64,000 bases of DNA from contig NC_091288.1 of NCBI RefSeq assembly GCF_032444005.1, forward strand, positions 220,844,001 through 220,908,000, given 5' to 3'. The position numbers and the translations under genes are program-made. The DNA comes from Ranitomeya imitator (lineage: Eukaryota). Of this stretch, positions 1 to 13,504 are shown in pieces. Under the pieces are notes generated by a model. It made no database searches. It saw only the letters and a program-made list of their open reading frames with translations, and was not told where the DNA came from. The stretch's first letter is position 1, and the number at the start of each line of letters is the position of its first letter.

Positions 1-289
1 TACATTTTTTTAAAAACAGGATGAATAAAAAAACTGCAATTCTATCATTAGTATTTCATTTTTTTCACGTTGTTTGTCATGAAGGATAAATAACCTGAGA
101 GGCCGGTTGCTATGAACATGGTGATGACAATATTATGTATATTTTTTAGGTTTTATTATTTTTGCACCTTTTTTTGAGTGGGAGTGTATGAGGATTTGTT
201 TTATGCAGGATGAGATACAGTCTGTTGGTATAATGGTGAAATACATGTCACATTTTCATAGCCTTTATTCTTTCTTTTCAGCAAGTTAG

Positions 290-924
290 TGTCACGACAC
301 GGCGTTCGGGTGACCTTCCCTGACCCTAACACTAGGGTGTGCCCTAGCTGGCCCTATTCCCCGTGATACTTCTGAAGGTGAAGATGCCGGGGCCTCCACC
401 CTTGTGTTATCTCCTGTTTATTCTCTTCTCCCACCCAGGAAGAGCGGCGCTATTGTGCACCGTCGTACACTAACCCAACAAACAAGGCAACACAGACAAT
501 GGTAAACTGAAAACTCCAGGAATACAAAATATTCACTGACATATAACAGAGGAATGCATCCGGGTGTGGAGGTAGGGGAATAAATCAAAACAGAGAAGGG
601 AAGGGAATTGTCACACTTACAAACAGTCACAGGTAACTCCTCCAACTCTCCTCATATGAACACCTCTTCCCCCTGAAGCCATGCAGCAAATGCTAGCTCT
701 GGCAAGGATTTGCGCAAAAGCTCAGATTATAAAGGGGAAGGGAGTGGCTAACCGAGCTCAGCTGTGAGCACAGGGATTTCCAACATGGCCGATTAACTCC
801 TGTTCTGCCAAAAGGAATAAACACCATTTAAAATGAAGGAGAAGTGCTTCTTCTCAGCGCCAGAGTAGAAGCAATCAGACGCTGTGGTTTTCTGGCTCCA
901 CACTGTCGCGGTAACCCCGTGACA
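290..924. mobile_element. Solo LTR (Gypsy-type), 635 bp
   Basis: Inverted termini TGTCACG...CGTGACA; exact 5-bp TSD GTTAG at 285-289 and 925-929; no internal coding sequence. Confidence 0.85.
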
Positions 925-1501
925 GTTAGGTGATGTTGCGTTAACATTTATTAGCTCTACGATTATTGTGGGTTACATTAAAGAGTTGGTTTTCCATCTT
1001 TCAGTGGAGATGATTTTTGGCTTTCTGATGGATCACTCCCTGTGTGACGGAGGGAGAGGGGCGGTCTCTTCACTGCTGTGTTGTCACACGCTGTCTGTAC
1101 AGTTTATCACTGCTGTACCATCACACACACTACCTGTACAGCTTCTTTGGTGTTTTCTGTCTTTCTCTCTTTTTATTAATAGGTTGTGAGCAGTGACGTC
1201 CATGCACTATTCAGATTGAGCTAAAAATGTCTACTGTATTCCTTGCCCTGGCTTTTATACAGGCTCTGATAGTCTCTCCTGATTGGCTGTGCTGTACCAC
1301 ATGATGTGACAGCTACAAGACTCTATGGGGAAGTCCGCACAGCCGCAAATAATGTTATGTGAGCCTCCCTGGGCCTCTGCAATATGTAAAATTGTGGTGG
1401 ACGTTTTAGACAATTCACAAGAAGCAAATCACAAAATGTCGGAATTCCTAAAAAAATCAACAAAAATTCAGTTTGCATTGAATCAATACAGTCAACTCCT
1501 C

Positions 1502-2438
1502 AACACAGTGGTAACTCTCTGAGTACAGATAATGTAGTAGATGTCACCTGCAGTCCTATGTAACACCACAGATAACACAGTGATCACTCTCTGAGTACAG
1601 ATAATGTAGTAGATGTCACCTGCAGTCCTATGTAACACCACAGATAACACAGTGATAACTCTCTGAGTACAGATAATGTAGTAGATGTCACCTGCAGTCC
1701 TATGTAACACCACAGATAACACAGTGATAACTCTCTGAGTACAGATAATGTAGTAGATGTCACCTGCAGTCCTATGTAACACCACAGATAACACAGTGAT
1801 AACTCTCTGAGTACAGATAATGTAGTAGATGTCACCTGCAGTCCTATGTAACACTACAGATAACACAGTGATCACTCTCTGAGTACAGATAATGTAGTAG
1901 ATGTCACCTGCAGTCCTATGTAACACCACAGATAACACAGTGATCTCTCTCCGAGTACAGATAGTGTAGTAGATGTCACCTGCAGTCCTATGTAACACCA
2001 CAGATAACACAGTGATCACTCTTTGAGTACAGATAATGTAGTAGATGTCACCTGCAGTCCTATGTAACACTACAGATAACACAGTGATAACTCTCTGAGT
2101 ACAGATAATGTAGGAGATGTCACCTGCAGTCCTATGTAACACCACAGATTACACAGTGATCACTCTCTGAGTACATATAATGTAGTAGATGTCACCCGCA
2201 GTCCTATGTAACACCACAGATAACACAGTGATAACTCTCTGAGTACAGATAATGTAGTAGATATCACCTGCAGTCCTATGTAACACCACAGATAACACAG
2301 TGATAACTCTCTGAGTACAGATAATGTAGTAGATGTCACCTGCAGTCCTATGTAACACTACAGATAACACAGTGATGACGCTCTGAGTACAGATAATGTA
2401 GTAGACGTCACCTGCAGTCCTATGTAAGACCACAGACA
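1502..2438 (-). repeat. 72-bp satellite array 1 (~13 units), in intron 1 of the minus-strand protease paralog
   Basis: Tandem unit (minus sense) GTTACATAGGACTGCAGGTGACATCTACTACATTATCTGTACTCAGAGAGTTATCACTGTGTTATCTGTGGT; gives the 24-aa periodic ORFs; same unit as 33262-34930 and 55537-57291 but in opposite orientation. Confidence 0.97.
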
Positions 2439-2467
2439 CTATGTACATGGTGATGTTAGCCTCTTAC

Positions 2468-2510
2468 CCAGGTGCAGGGCTATCAGCACATACAGCAGAT
2501 TGCTCTCCAT
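2468..2510 (-). CDS. First (signal-peptide) exon of a serine protease paralog; remainder presumably left of the window
   Basis: Minus strand ATGGAGAGCAATCTGCTGTATGTGCTGATAGCCCTGCACCTGG|GTAAG = MESNLLYVLIALHL+G, 43 nt, phase-1 donor. Same length, phase and donor as 33182-33224 and 55472-55514; 31/43 nt identical to the latter. Confidence 0.7.
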
Positions 2511-2742
2511 GTCTTCTCCTCGCGTTCCCTTCTCGGCTCGTCACTTGGTTGATGTAGAGGTCGTCATTCTTGCGCTAACTCTTTGTTCTAGAGGGAATCT
2601 CGTAGTTTACGGTCCTGTTATGGGCTTTATGACGTCTTTTTTTCCTTATTTGACTCTTCTGGTAAATAAACAACAAAATATAAAAGAAACTCCAATATGT
2701 GAATCACAGGTGAAATGTCCAACCACCACTTGTCCGCAGGTA

Positions 2743-3474
2743 CGGTGGGTACGGAAAGTATTCAGACCCCTTTACATTTTTCACTCTTTGTTTCATTGCA
2801 GCCATTTGGTAAATTCGCAAAAGTTCATTTTTTCCTCATTAATGTTCACTCTGCACCTCATCTTGACTGAAAAAACAGAAATGTAGAAATTTTTGCAAAT
2901 TTATTAAAAAAGAAAAACTGAGATATCACATGGTCATAAGTCTTCAGCCCCTTTGCTCAGACTCTCATATGTAAGTCACAGGCTGCCCATTTCCTTGTGA
3001 TCCTCCTTGAGATGGTTCTGCTCCTTCATTGGAGTCCAGCTGTGTGTAATTTAACTGATTGGACTTGATTTGGAGCGGCGCACACCTGTCTATATAAGAC
3101 CTCACAGCTCACAGTGCATGTCAGACCAAAGGAGAATCATGAGGTCAAAGGAACTGGCCAAGGAGCTCAGAGACAGAATTGTGGCAAGGCACAGATCTGG
3201 ACAAGGTTACAACAGAAGTTCTGCAGCACTCAAGGTTCCTAAGAGCACAGTGGCCTCCATAATCCTTAAATGGAAGAAGTTTGGACCACCAGAAGTCTTC
3301 CTAGACCTGGCCGTCCAGCCAAACTGAGCAATCGTGGGAAAAGAGCCTTGGTGAGAAGGTAAAGAAGAACCCCAAGATCACTGTGGCCGAGCTGCAGAGA
3401 TGCAGTAGGGAGATGGGAGAAAGTTCCACAAAGTCAACTATCACTGCAGCCCTCCACCAGTTGGGCATTTATGG
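2743..3474 (+). mobile_element. Tc1-like transposon, 5' fragment (left TIR plus N-terminal transposase)
   Basis: TA then CGGTGGGTACGGAAAGTATTCAGACCCC TIR; ATG at 3139 gives MRSKELAKELRDRIVARHRSGQGY..LKVPKSTVASIILKWKKFG (Tc1 HTH region), frameshifted and cut off by the 34-bp array. Confidence 0.85.
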
Positions 3475-5810
3475 TCACAATTCAAAGCTGAAGCATAGAG
3501 CTTGATGGTCACAATTCAGAGCTGAGGCATAGAGCTTGATGGTCACAATTCAGAGCTTAGGCATAGAGCTTGATGGTCACAATTCACAGCTGAGGCATAG
3601 AGCTTGATGGGCACAATTCACAGCTGAGGCATAGAGCTTGATGGGTACAATTCACAGCTGAGGCATAGAGCTTGATGGTCACAATTCACAGCTGAGGCAT
3701 AGAGCTTGATGGTCACAATTCAGAGCTGAGGCATATAGCTTGATGGTCACAATTCAGAGCTGAGGCATAGAGCTTGATGGTCACAATTCAGAGCTGAGGC
3801 ATAGAGCTTGATGGTCACAATTCAGAGCTGAGTCATAGAGCTTGATGGGTGCAATTCAGAGCTGAGGCATATAGCTTGATGGTCACAATTCAGAGCTGAA
3901 GCATAGAGCTTGATGGTCACAATTCACAGCTGAGGCATATAGCTTGATGGTCACAATTCACAGCTGAGGCATAGAGCTTGATGGTCACAATTCACAGCTG
4001 AGGCATATAGCTTGATGGTCACAATTCACAGCTGAGGCATAGAGCTTGATGGTCACAACTCAGAGCTGAGGCATAGAGCTTGATGGTCACAATTCACAGC
4101 TGAGGCATAGAGCTTGATGGGCACAATTCACAGCTGAGGCATAGAGCTTGATGGTCACAATTCACAGCTGAGGCATAGAGCTTGATGGTCACAATTCAGA
4201 GCTGAGGCATAGAGCTTGATGGTCACAATTCACAGCTGAGGCATAGAGCTTGATGGTCACAATTCACAGCTGAGGCATAGAGCTTGATGGGCACAATTCA
4301 GAGCTGAGGCATAAAGCTTGATGGTCACAATTCACAGCTGAGGCATATAGCTTGATGGTCACAATTCACAGCTGAGGCATAGAGCTTGATGGTCACAATT
4401 CAGAGCTAAGGCATAGAGCTTGATGGTCACAATTCAGAGCTGAGACATAGAGCTTGATGGGCACAATTCACAGCTGAGGCATAAAGCTTGATGGTAACAA
4501 TTCAGAGCTGAGACATATAGCTTGATGGTCACAATTCAGAGCTGCGGCATAGAGCTTGATGGTAACAATTCAGAGCTGCGGCATAGAGCTTGATGGTCAC
4601 AATTCAGAGCTGAGGCATAGAGCTTGATGGTAACAATTCAGAGCTGAGACATATAGCTTGATGGTCACAATTCAGAGCTGCGGCATAGAGCTTGATGGTC
4701 ACAATTCAGAGGTGAGGCATAGAGCTTGATGGTAACAATTCAGAGCTCAGACATATAGTTTGATGGTCACAATTCAGAGCTGCGGCATAAAGCTTGATGG
4801 TAACAATTCAGAGCTGAGACATATAGCTTGATGGTCACAATTCAGAGCTGAGGCATAGAGCTTGATGGTAACAATTCAGAGCTGAGACATATAGCTTGAT
4901 GGTCACAATTCAGAGCTGCGGCATAGAGCTTGATGGTCACAATTCAGAGCTGAGGCATAGAGCTTGATGGTAACAATTCAGAGCTGAGACATAGAGCTTG
5001 ATGGTAACAATTCAGAGCTGAGACATATAGCTTGATGGTCACAATTCAGAGCTGCGGCATAGAGCTTGATGGTCACAATTCAGAGCTGAGGCATAGAGCT
5101 TGATGGTCACAATTCAGCGCTGCGGCATAGAGCTTGATGGTCACAATTCAGAGCTGAGGCATAGAGCTTGATGGTCACAATTCACAGCTGAGGCATAGAG
5201 CTTGATGGTCACAATTCACAGCTGAGGCATAGAGCTTGATGGTAACAATTCAGAGCTGAGGCATAGAGCTTGATGGTCACAATTCAGAGCTGAGACATAT
5301 AGCTTGATGGTCACAATTCACAGCTGAGGCATAGAGCTTGATGGTCACAATTCAGAGCTTAGGCATAGAGCTTGATGGTCACAATTCAGAGCTGAGGCAT
5401 AGAGCTTGATGGTCACATTTCACAGCTGAGGCATAGAGCTTGATGGTCACAATTCAGAGCTGAGGCATACAGCTGGATGGTAACAATTCAGAGCTGAGGC
5501 AAACATGCTTGATGGTCACAATTCAGAGCTGCGGCATATAGCTTGATGGTCACAATTCAGAGCTGAGACATATAGCTTGATGGCCACAATTCACAGCTGA
5601 AGCATAGAGCTTGATGGTCACAATTCACAGCTGAGGCATAGAGCTTGATGGGCACAATTCACAGCTGAGGCATAGAGCTTGATGGGCCCAATTCAGAGCT
5701 GAGGCATAGAGCTTGATAGTTGCATTTCACAGCTGAGGCATAGAGCTTGATGGTCACTATTCAGAGCTGAGGTATAGAGCTTGATTGTCACAATTCAGAG
5801 TTCAGACAAA
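3471..5810. repeat. 34-bp minisatellite (~69 units), decaying to about 5940
   Basis: Unit ATGGTCACAATTCA(G/C)AGCTGAGGCATAGAGCTTG repeated head-to-tail. Confidence 0.97.
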
Positions 5811-6228
5811 GAGCCTGTTACTTTCCCTTCTGAGCTGAGGTACTTCGCTTTAGGTTTACTCTTCATAGCTGAGGTATGAAGCTTAAGGGTTACACTCCAC
5901 AGCTGTAAATATAATTGATGCACTTCAGAGCTATGGCATGGGGCTTATTGATTATTATCAGCAACAGAAAGCACCTGTAATCAGAGGGCATTACATCTCA
6001 CAGCCGTGGGTCCACAACCATATCATGGGTACTGTGTTGGCTCAGACCCCAGCGCAGCTTGCACCTTCAGCTGCCTGCAGACCCAGGTAAGTGGAACTTG
6101 CCTAAAGCCAACTGTGTAGCTCTTCCCTTGAAACTCATGCTCATCCGGCACCTCTCAGTCCATCACTCATAAAGGTCTAGTAGTCATTCTCATCTTGATC
6201 AGTGTGTTAATGGCACAAACATACAAGG

Positions 6229-7440
6229 TGTGCTGCCAGGGTCCTGTTTGTTGCAGTAATGTCCTTCTTCCACCAGGGGGAGTGATGTTACATCTGAAGG
6301 CAATAAAGGAGATCACTTTACAATGTATCACAAACCACACAACACACTTCATACTCCAGTCCACCAGGGGGAGCTATGCTCCTATTTAGTAGGGCACTCT
6401 TCACAATTAGGTAAAACTGGTGGTCTGGATAGGAAGTTAGTCAGAAGCGAGCTGGGCTTCACTCAGTTAGCTGCTATCTGAGTTCCACTCAGGTAGTGGG
6501 TCCCTGACAGGGGTGGGATCCTGTCAGAAGTCTAGGCAGAAGGCTACGGAGCTGCGTTGGCCCGACATGCGGCAGCATCCTAAGAAAGAGACATTCAAGG
6601 AGAATTGTGTTGCAGAGAGTGAGAACCGAAGTCATAGAAAAAGGAGAGGAAACCAGAAGGAGTTCTGCCCTGTAAAAGGCTGCCTCCTTTCTGAGGCGCA
6701 AGATCCGGTAGCCGGAACACCGAGGGAGTCATCGTCTCCAAGCCTTGCTCCAGAGACCGGCAGGACAGCTAATTCCATATTAGTTGCCCGACCTTTTCCC
6801 AGGAGGCACGGTGGCAACTTGTGGGGGCTGGGGCGTGCTAGAATCCCTGTAAAAAGCCTCAGGCCATCAGTCACATGGGTTGTTTCTATCCATCTGGGGC
6901 ACAGAGAGAAAGATATAACATCTCCAGCAGTTGTGAGGACCGTATGAGAAGCTCAGCAGTAAGGTACTACAACATCCAGGCGCTAAAGGAAGGCTACTGA
7001 TTTCCACCTGGATAAGGGGACTCTGGAATTGCCTTCAGACCGGCCGGACTCTGCCTGCCCTGTGATCCGATGCTCTGGACTGTGGATGCTGAAGCCTTCA
7101 GTAAAAAGGTAAAGAGACTGCAACCTTGTGTCCTCGTTCTTCACTGCGCCTCACACCATCCACTATCTACACTTCTGGGAAGCCCTGGGGACATACTTCA
7201 CCTGTGGGAAGGTATGCCATCTAGCTGCCATAACATCACCCCAGTGGACCCCTTAAAGGAGCGTCGGTCACCCTGACCGAATACCACAGGTGGCGTCACA
7301 AACACTATCCCTTTAAAGACCTTTCCCCATTTACAATGGACGTCCCTTAGGGCCACGGACTGGGTCAGCCACCGTGACATCCCCCTTGAGAACCGAAGGG
7401 CCCGGCTCCGAGTGCCCCACTGCCCTACGGGGGCGGTCCA
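6229..7440 (+). mobile_element. Solo LTR, ~1.2 kb, same family as 8149-9426 and 48519-51496
   Basis: Shares CCACCAGGGGGAGTGATGTTAC, GGCTACTGATTTCCACCTGG, CAGACCGGCCGGACTCTGCC and CATCACCCCAGTGGACCCC blocks with the other copies; ends GGGGGCGGTCCA. Left terminus degraded and no TSD found. Confidence 0.75.
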
Positions 7441-8148
7441 GTGGACTCTGGACCAGTCCTACAGAGACCGACTGGGCCCATACGGCATTTGCAGAACTGG
7501 TCCAGAATTACCAAATTCAGAATGGCGGCACTCCTTGTATGCCACACGTGCCCAAGTCGGCCTCTTATCTACAAGCGACGCTCCTTTTACTGCCTTTTAG
7601 GTGGGTTTAGTTAGAATCTTCATCACTTTCTGATTTGTTCTTCTATCTTGAAATGCAAAAAACAAAATTCTGTAAATTACAATATTTTGGCATGAAGAGA
7701 AAGGTGTGAAAATCTAGTAAAGTTCCTGTCGCTGATTTCACCCATCTCGTGTCTCTGCTCCTCACCTTCCTACTGAACCGCGGCTATGATACCGTCACAA
7801 ATCCAAATTTAGAAGATGTCATGTGTTTATGGATGAAACATAAAGGTGATTTTACTGCAGAATGGTGCCATAAAGCCACAAACCACCAAGTCCGCATTTT
7901 ACAGGATGTTGTGAAGTTCCATATATCCTGAATCACATACGGAAACGTTCTCTGCTGTCACCAACTCTTGGCTTTTGCAGCAGAGTCTTGTTTTTGGGCA
8001 GGGTTTTCATCAGTTGCCTTAGGCTCCTCCGTGGAGATCAGATGGACATCTGTTTAGCAGGATGAGCTGGCGGCCGGTCTCCTCCTGAGGACACAATATG
8101 GCCGCCGGCGGTGATCTTAGGCTTGAAGGTTGTTACGTTATAGGATAA

Positions 8149-9426
8149 TGGAGCGCCCCCAGACACAGGGCCACAGGTCACTCGGTACCGGTCCTTTCTG
8201 CTCGGTTCTGCGGTTGTCACGGTGGCTGGACCTGGTCGTGACCCTGCTAAGGGGCGTCCAATGAAGGTGGTAGTACAGTCTGTCAGGGGTTCGTGACGCC
8301 ACCTGTGGTGTTCGGTCAGGGTGACCAACGCTGCTGTGGGGTCCACTGGGGTGATGGAATGGCAGCTGGATGGTATATCTTCCCACAGGTGAAGTATGTC
8401 CCCAGGACTTCCCAGTAAGGTGGATGGTGATGGTGTGAGGTGCAGGCAATAACGAGGACACAAGGTTGCAGTCTCTTTACCTTTTTACTGAAGGCTTCAA
8501 TATACTCAGTCCAGAGCACGTTCAACCGGGTTATCAGAGACCGGCCGGTCCGATGGGCACATCCAGAGTTTCCCTCGCAGATGGCAATCGTTGCCTACCA
8601 ATAGCGCCTGTGTGTTGTAGTCCTACCCTGCTGAGCATTCGGAATAGTCCTCACAACTGCTGCCCTCGTTCGTTCGTTCTCTACAGCTCTCTCTCTCTCG
8701 TTCTTTGGTTCCAGATGTTGCTAGTTTCTAACGTCCCCCAGGTATATTTTGGCTAGGACGCCACCCGTTTGACGGGAAGGCTTGGAGGTCTTCCGGGACT
8801 CTAGAGACGCCCCTCTCCCAATGTTGCCCCCTATGTCTTCGTAGGTGTAGAAGGTAGACAGCCAACCTATAATCAACTGTCCAGCGGAATTTGAAGTAAG
8901 GCCTGAAGTCAGTTACTCCTACGGTGATCCGGCCACCGACTACGCGCCTCAGTAAGATGTTGCCTTTCTCTCTCGGCACGACTCTTACTGGCTCTCCTTT
9001 GTGCTGATCTCATTTACACTGTTCCACAATATCCTTCCCTTCGTGTCTCTCTCCTGGGATACCGCCGCAAGGTGTGCAGGCGCGGTTCCGTTACGTTCTG
9101 TTCTGTTTGCTAGGCACCTGCCAGGTTTCCACGCCTGACAGGGACCCCCCTGTGCCTTCTCCCTGCAACACTCCCTGCTACGGGATGTTGCCTGAATCCA
9201 ACCCAGTCAGCTTCTGACTAACTTCCTCCCCAGCCCCTAGTTTTACCAGTGTGAGGAGTGGCCCAATAAATAAAGCCTTTTTCTCCCCCTAGTGGCCGGA
9301 TTGTGAAGTGTAATGTGTTCTGGTGATACCTGGTCAGGAGAACTCTTTAGAGCCATCGGACGTACCATCACTCCCCTTAGTGGCAGAGCGACATTACTGC
9401 AACGACCAGGTCTCTGGGGCGCTGCA
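8149..9426 (-). mobile_element. Solo LTR, 1278 bp
   Basis: Termini TGGAGCGCCCCC...GGGGCGCTGCA; exact 4-bp TSD ATAA at 8145-8148 and 9427-9430; reverse-complement similarity to 6229-7440. Confidence 0.85.
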
Positions 9427-11760
9427 ATAATGTCCCTATCATTTCTCTCTGCTCCTTTGCTTTCACTTCAAGATTAAATCTTTTACAAATACGTAGTTGC
9501 ACGATGTCTGCAGGAATATCATTGAGTATTGAGCTCTGCACCTGGTCCAGATATTCACCCGCTCAGCATCTCCATATGTGTAATATAGGTAGATTGATCA
9601 CTTACCGGAGGTCAGACGTTCGCCCTCTGTTCTCCATAACATAAGGTTTATAAGACTAAAGTGTGGACCAGCGGTTTGCTAAGACAGTCCTGTCCATTTT
9701 ATGGTGGCACGAGTCCGAGCAGAAAATCTTATGATGGCCAGCCGCAAGGACCAGGAGCAGAAGCAAGAAGTTCTCGGAGATGATGTGCGGTAACTTTATA
9801 TCTTTACTTATCCTCGTCTTTCCTGGTAGATCAGATATTGTACATGTCTTCTGTTCCTATAGTTTTTTTTTTATTCTAGGAGTATGTTCACGCTGCGGTT
9901 TTTTCAGGCATTTTTTGTAGCGGTTCCATTCTGAATAAAACCCACTTTGCTGTTCACACTTTCAGGCTTTTCAGCAGTTTTGAACTCTTTGGCTCCTCCC
10001 AGCGCTGCTCCTGGTTATTGACAGATCGCTCGTTATGGAAGAGACCTGTCAATCACTTCTAGCGGCACAGGGAGGAGCCGGCCGGGGGCGGCACCGGACT
10101 CGTCTGGTCTCTTCATATCTGAAGAACTTGAGCGGTGAATCGGGGCCCGTGGGCACATACCCTGAGAATTGTTTCACTGCTTGGATACAGTGATCAGGGA
10201 AAGATTTTTGGAGATCTCGGACTAGATACATTTTCCTTTTTGTCTTTCTGCTTTCTTTTACTTCAGTTTAAACTTGATCCAAAGAATAAAAACCCCAACA
10301 GGTAAAGTCCTAAGGTTAGTAGTGGTAAGAGAGTGGGCAATGTGGACCCTTTCTGGGCTATGGGAAACTGTGAGCATAATAGAAGAGATGAGAGATTTGA
10401 TCGTAGCCCAAATAAAAGCCGAGGCAGGGAATGCAGCAGCTATTTTGTGGTGAATCTGGATAGTGAAAGGTCAGCCATAGTGATAGAGTGAAAGCCATAA
10501 AATATCGAAGAAAACTGTAATGATTGCGTGTGACAGCAGAGTAGGATGTAGATTAGTATGTTAGGGTAGTACACTACTTTCATACATGTTTTTCAGGACT
10601 TTGTAATACTTTCATTTCATTTTGACTTTTTTTCATTCAGCAGATCTGGCAAATTTAAATATCAAAATATTTGGCCATCAATAAAAAATGGTGTGAGGTA
10701 TGGGCCTTCATTGTGAGGAACTGCTCTGGAGCCAGAAGACATGGAGTAATTGGGAAAGAAGACTCGAGGAACGGTCAGATCTAGAAATGTACGAGGATAA
10801 ACTGCTCACTGGTCATTATCCGGGGGCCGCACCATCCATAGGGTCCTCCGATCCCATCGGATGGATCTACGGCTGATCGTGGACTTCACTATAATATTAT
10901 AACTTAGAGTAGATCTCTGGAAGGAACAGGTTGGGGTCGGCTCCCAGGGGCCCAGATCTGATTTCTATTGTCCAGTTGAGTGACGCGAAAGTTTCACTAG
11001 AATTGAAGAAGATAATGAATCTCATCCACAAATGAAAAGAAAAAATCCCACTGAAGTTCCGCACAATAAGTGAATCACAAAAAAATAAATTATTGGGTAA
11101 AATATAATGAACTAATTTACAGCAATTTTCAGGAGCATAAATTGTGGCGCACGAAGCATTCACAACTTTTCAATCCCCTAAGGTAACGCAGAGACGCTTC
11201 ACCGGCTGCAGATTGCACAGGACGGATCGGGGTCTCTTTGGGTTTTCCTATAGGAAACATCATGAAGTTTTAGGCAATAAAGATTGTATATATCGTTTCC
11301 GACACGGTGGGCATAGAGTTAATATTTAACGTAAAGTTCTCATTTTTGATAAGAACCAGTTCATGATTTCAGTGACTGGGAGCAGCAGGATAAGGAGGTA
11401 AACTGGCGGCATCCAAGGCTCTCGTGGTGGCACTTTCATTGATGGTACATGGCCACGGAAATGTCTGGAAAACTAAAAAGACAAATCTGGGGCCATCTAA
11501 TTGGTAAGTGGCAAGGTTAGAGATGCTGCGCTGTCTGACATGCCGAATCCATAGTCCTGGCCGATGGACACCAACCTCTCCAGACCACCCAACTCCAAAG
11601 GAGCAGAATGAATGCAAAAGTGGAAATGGCCAATGGATTGTGTAGAGAATTCATCAACATCTGGGTTGAGAACGTTCTTCGTGCACTTTATAAAACTTAA
11701 AGTACTGCCATCACATAGTCCCAGTCAAAACATCACTACCTGGATCCAGGGGCGGACATA

Positions 11761-13220
11761 CAGGAGCTTCTCACTAAATTAAAATATCATCAAAAATGTA
11801 TTTCAGTTCTTCAATACAAAAAGTGAATCTCATCTATTCTATAGAGTCATTACACACAGAGTGATTCTATTTCATGTGTTTATTTCTGTTAATGATCTTG
11901 ATGATTATGGCTTACAGGCAATGAAAACCCAAAAGTCGTTATCTCAGTAAATTAGAATACTTTATAACACCAGCTTGAAAAATGATTGTAAAATCTGAAT
12001 GTTCCCTACTGAAATGTATGATCAGTAAATGCGCTCAATACTTGGTCTTTGTTCCTTGTGCATCAATTCCTGCATCAATGCGGCGTGGCATGGAGGCGAT
12101 CAGCCTGTGACGCTGCTGAGGGGTTATGGAAGCCCAGGTTGCTTTGATAGCAGCCTTCAGCTCGTCTGCATTGTTTGGTCTGGTGCCTCATCTTCCTCTT
12201 GACAATACTCCATAGATTCTCTATGGGGTTAAGGTCAGGCGAGTTTGCTGCCAATCAAGCCCAGTGATACTGTTGTTTTTACACCAGATATTGGTACTTT
12301 TGGCAGTGTGGACAGGGGCCAAGTCCTGCTGGAGAATGACATTTCCATCTCCAAAAAGCTTGTCGGCAGAGGGAAGCATGAAGTGCTCTAAAACGTCCTG
12401 GTAGACGGCTGCGCTGACTTTGGTCTTGATAAAACACAGTGGACCTACACCAGCAGATGACATGGCTCCCAAACCATCACTGATTGTGGAGACTTCACAC
12501 CAGACCTCCAGCAGCTTGGATTGTGGCCTCTCCACTCTTCCTCCAGACTCTGGGACCTTGGACCACTGACAACAGTCCGGTTCTTGTTCTCCTTGGCCCA
12601 GGTAAGAGGCTTCTGGCGTTGTCTATTGGTCATCAGTGGCTGACACAAGGAATGTGACACTTGTAGCCCATGTCCTGGACACGTCTGGGTGTGGAGGCTC
12701 TTGAAGCAATGACTCCAGCAGCGTCCGCTCCTTGTGAATCTCCCCCACATTACTGAATGGCCTTTTCTTAACAATCCTTTCCAGTTGCGGTTATCCCGGT
12801 TGCTTGTGCACCTTTTTCTTCCACACTTTTTCCTTCCACTCCACTTTCCATTAATATTCTTGGATACAGCACTCTATGAACAGCGGCTTCTTTACCGATG
12901 ACCTTTTGTGTCTTCCCCTCCTTGTGGAGTATGTCAGTGACGCCTTCTGGACATCTGTCAGGTCCGCAGTCTTCCCCATGATTGTGGAGCTACTGAAACA
13001 GACTAAGGACCTTTATAAACATTTAGGAGCCTTTACAGGTGATTTTTGCTAATTATTCTAATTTACTGAGATAATGACTTTGGGTTTTCATTGACTGTAA
13101 GCCATAATCATCAAGATTAACAGAAATAAACACGTGAAATAGATCATTCTGTGTGTAATGACTCTATAGAATATAGGAGATTCACTTTTTGATGATATTC
13201 TAATTTTGTGAGAAGCACTT
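11761..13220 (-). mobile_element. Tc1-like transposon, near full length, degenerate transposase
   Basis: TA + CAGGAGCTTCTCACTAAATTAAAATATCATC left end; right end TTTTTGATGATATTCTAATTTTGTGAGAAGCAC with a deletion in the right IR. ORF 12221-12535 has AMSSAGVGPLCFIKTKVSAAVYQDVLEHFMLP..QQDLAPVHTAK (DDE core). Confidence 0.9.
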
Positions 13221-13504
13221 ATGTAGGTGCGAGTGCTATCCGTGAAAAATACAGCTAGAAATGGATGAGGAAATGGTCTATTTTTCCACTTTCTTGACTA
13301 CGTGAAGATTGTGAATGACTTTGACTTTCTCATTGACTACAAAGAAATGTTTTTGTAAATTTCTGGTTGATAACTCGTCTTTCCAGATTAAGACGTGCGG
13401 TGTTTTAGTTATTTGTGCAAATAAGACGAGTCTAGTTGAATGTGGGCGGTACATGCACACCACCCACCTTACTAGTGAGCTTCTCGCTCTACACCATTGA
13501 GGAC

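Noticed and set aside
1492-2448. Long periodic ORFs (VLHRTAGDIYYIICTQRVITVLSV)n here and at 33263-35171 and 55556-57303
   Set aside because: Products of a 72-bp unit divisible by three with stop-free frames; they lie in introns and have no protein homology I can recognise.
3471-5810. Hammerhead motif in the 34-, 35- or 72-bp satellites, by analogy with newt satellite 2
   Set aside because: CTGAG occurs, but there is no CUGANGA/GAAA pair or supporting stems.
6025-6092. ATG...CCCAG|GTAAGT possible exon
   Set aside because: Phase 2, not hydrophobic, no homology to the protease first exons, and no partner exon found.
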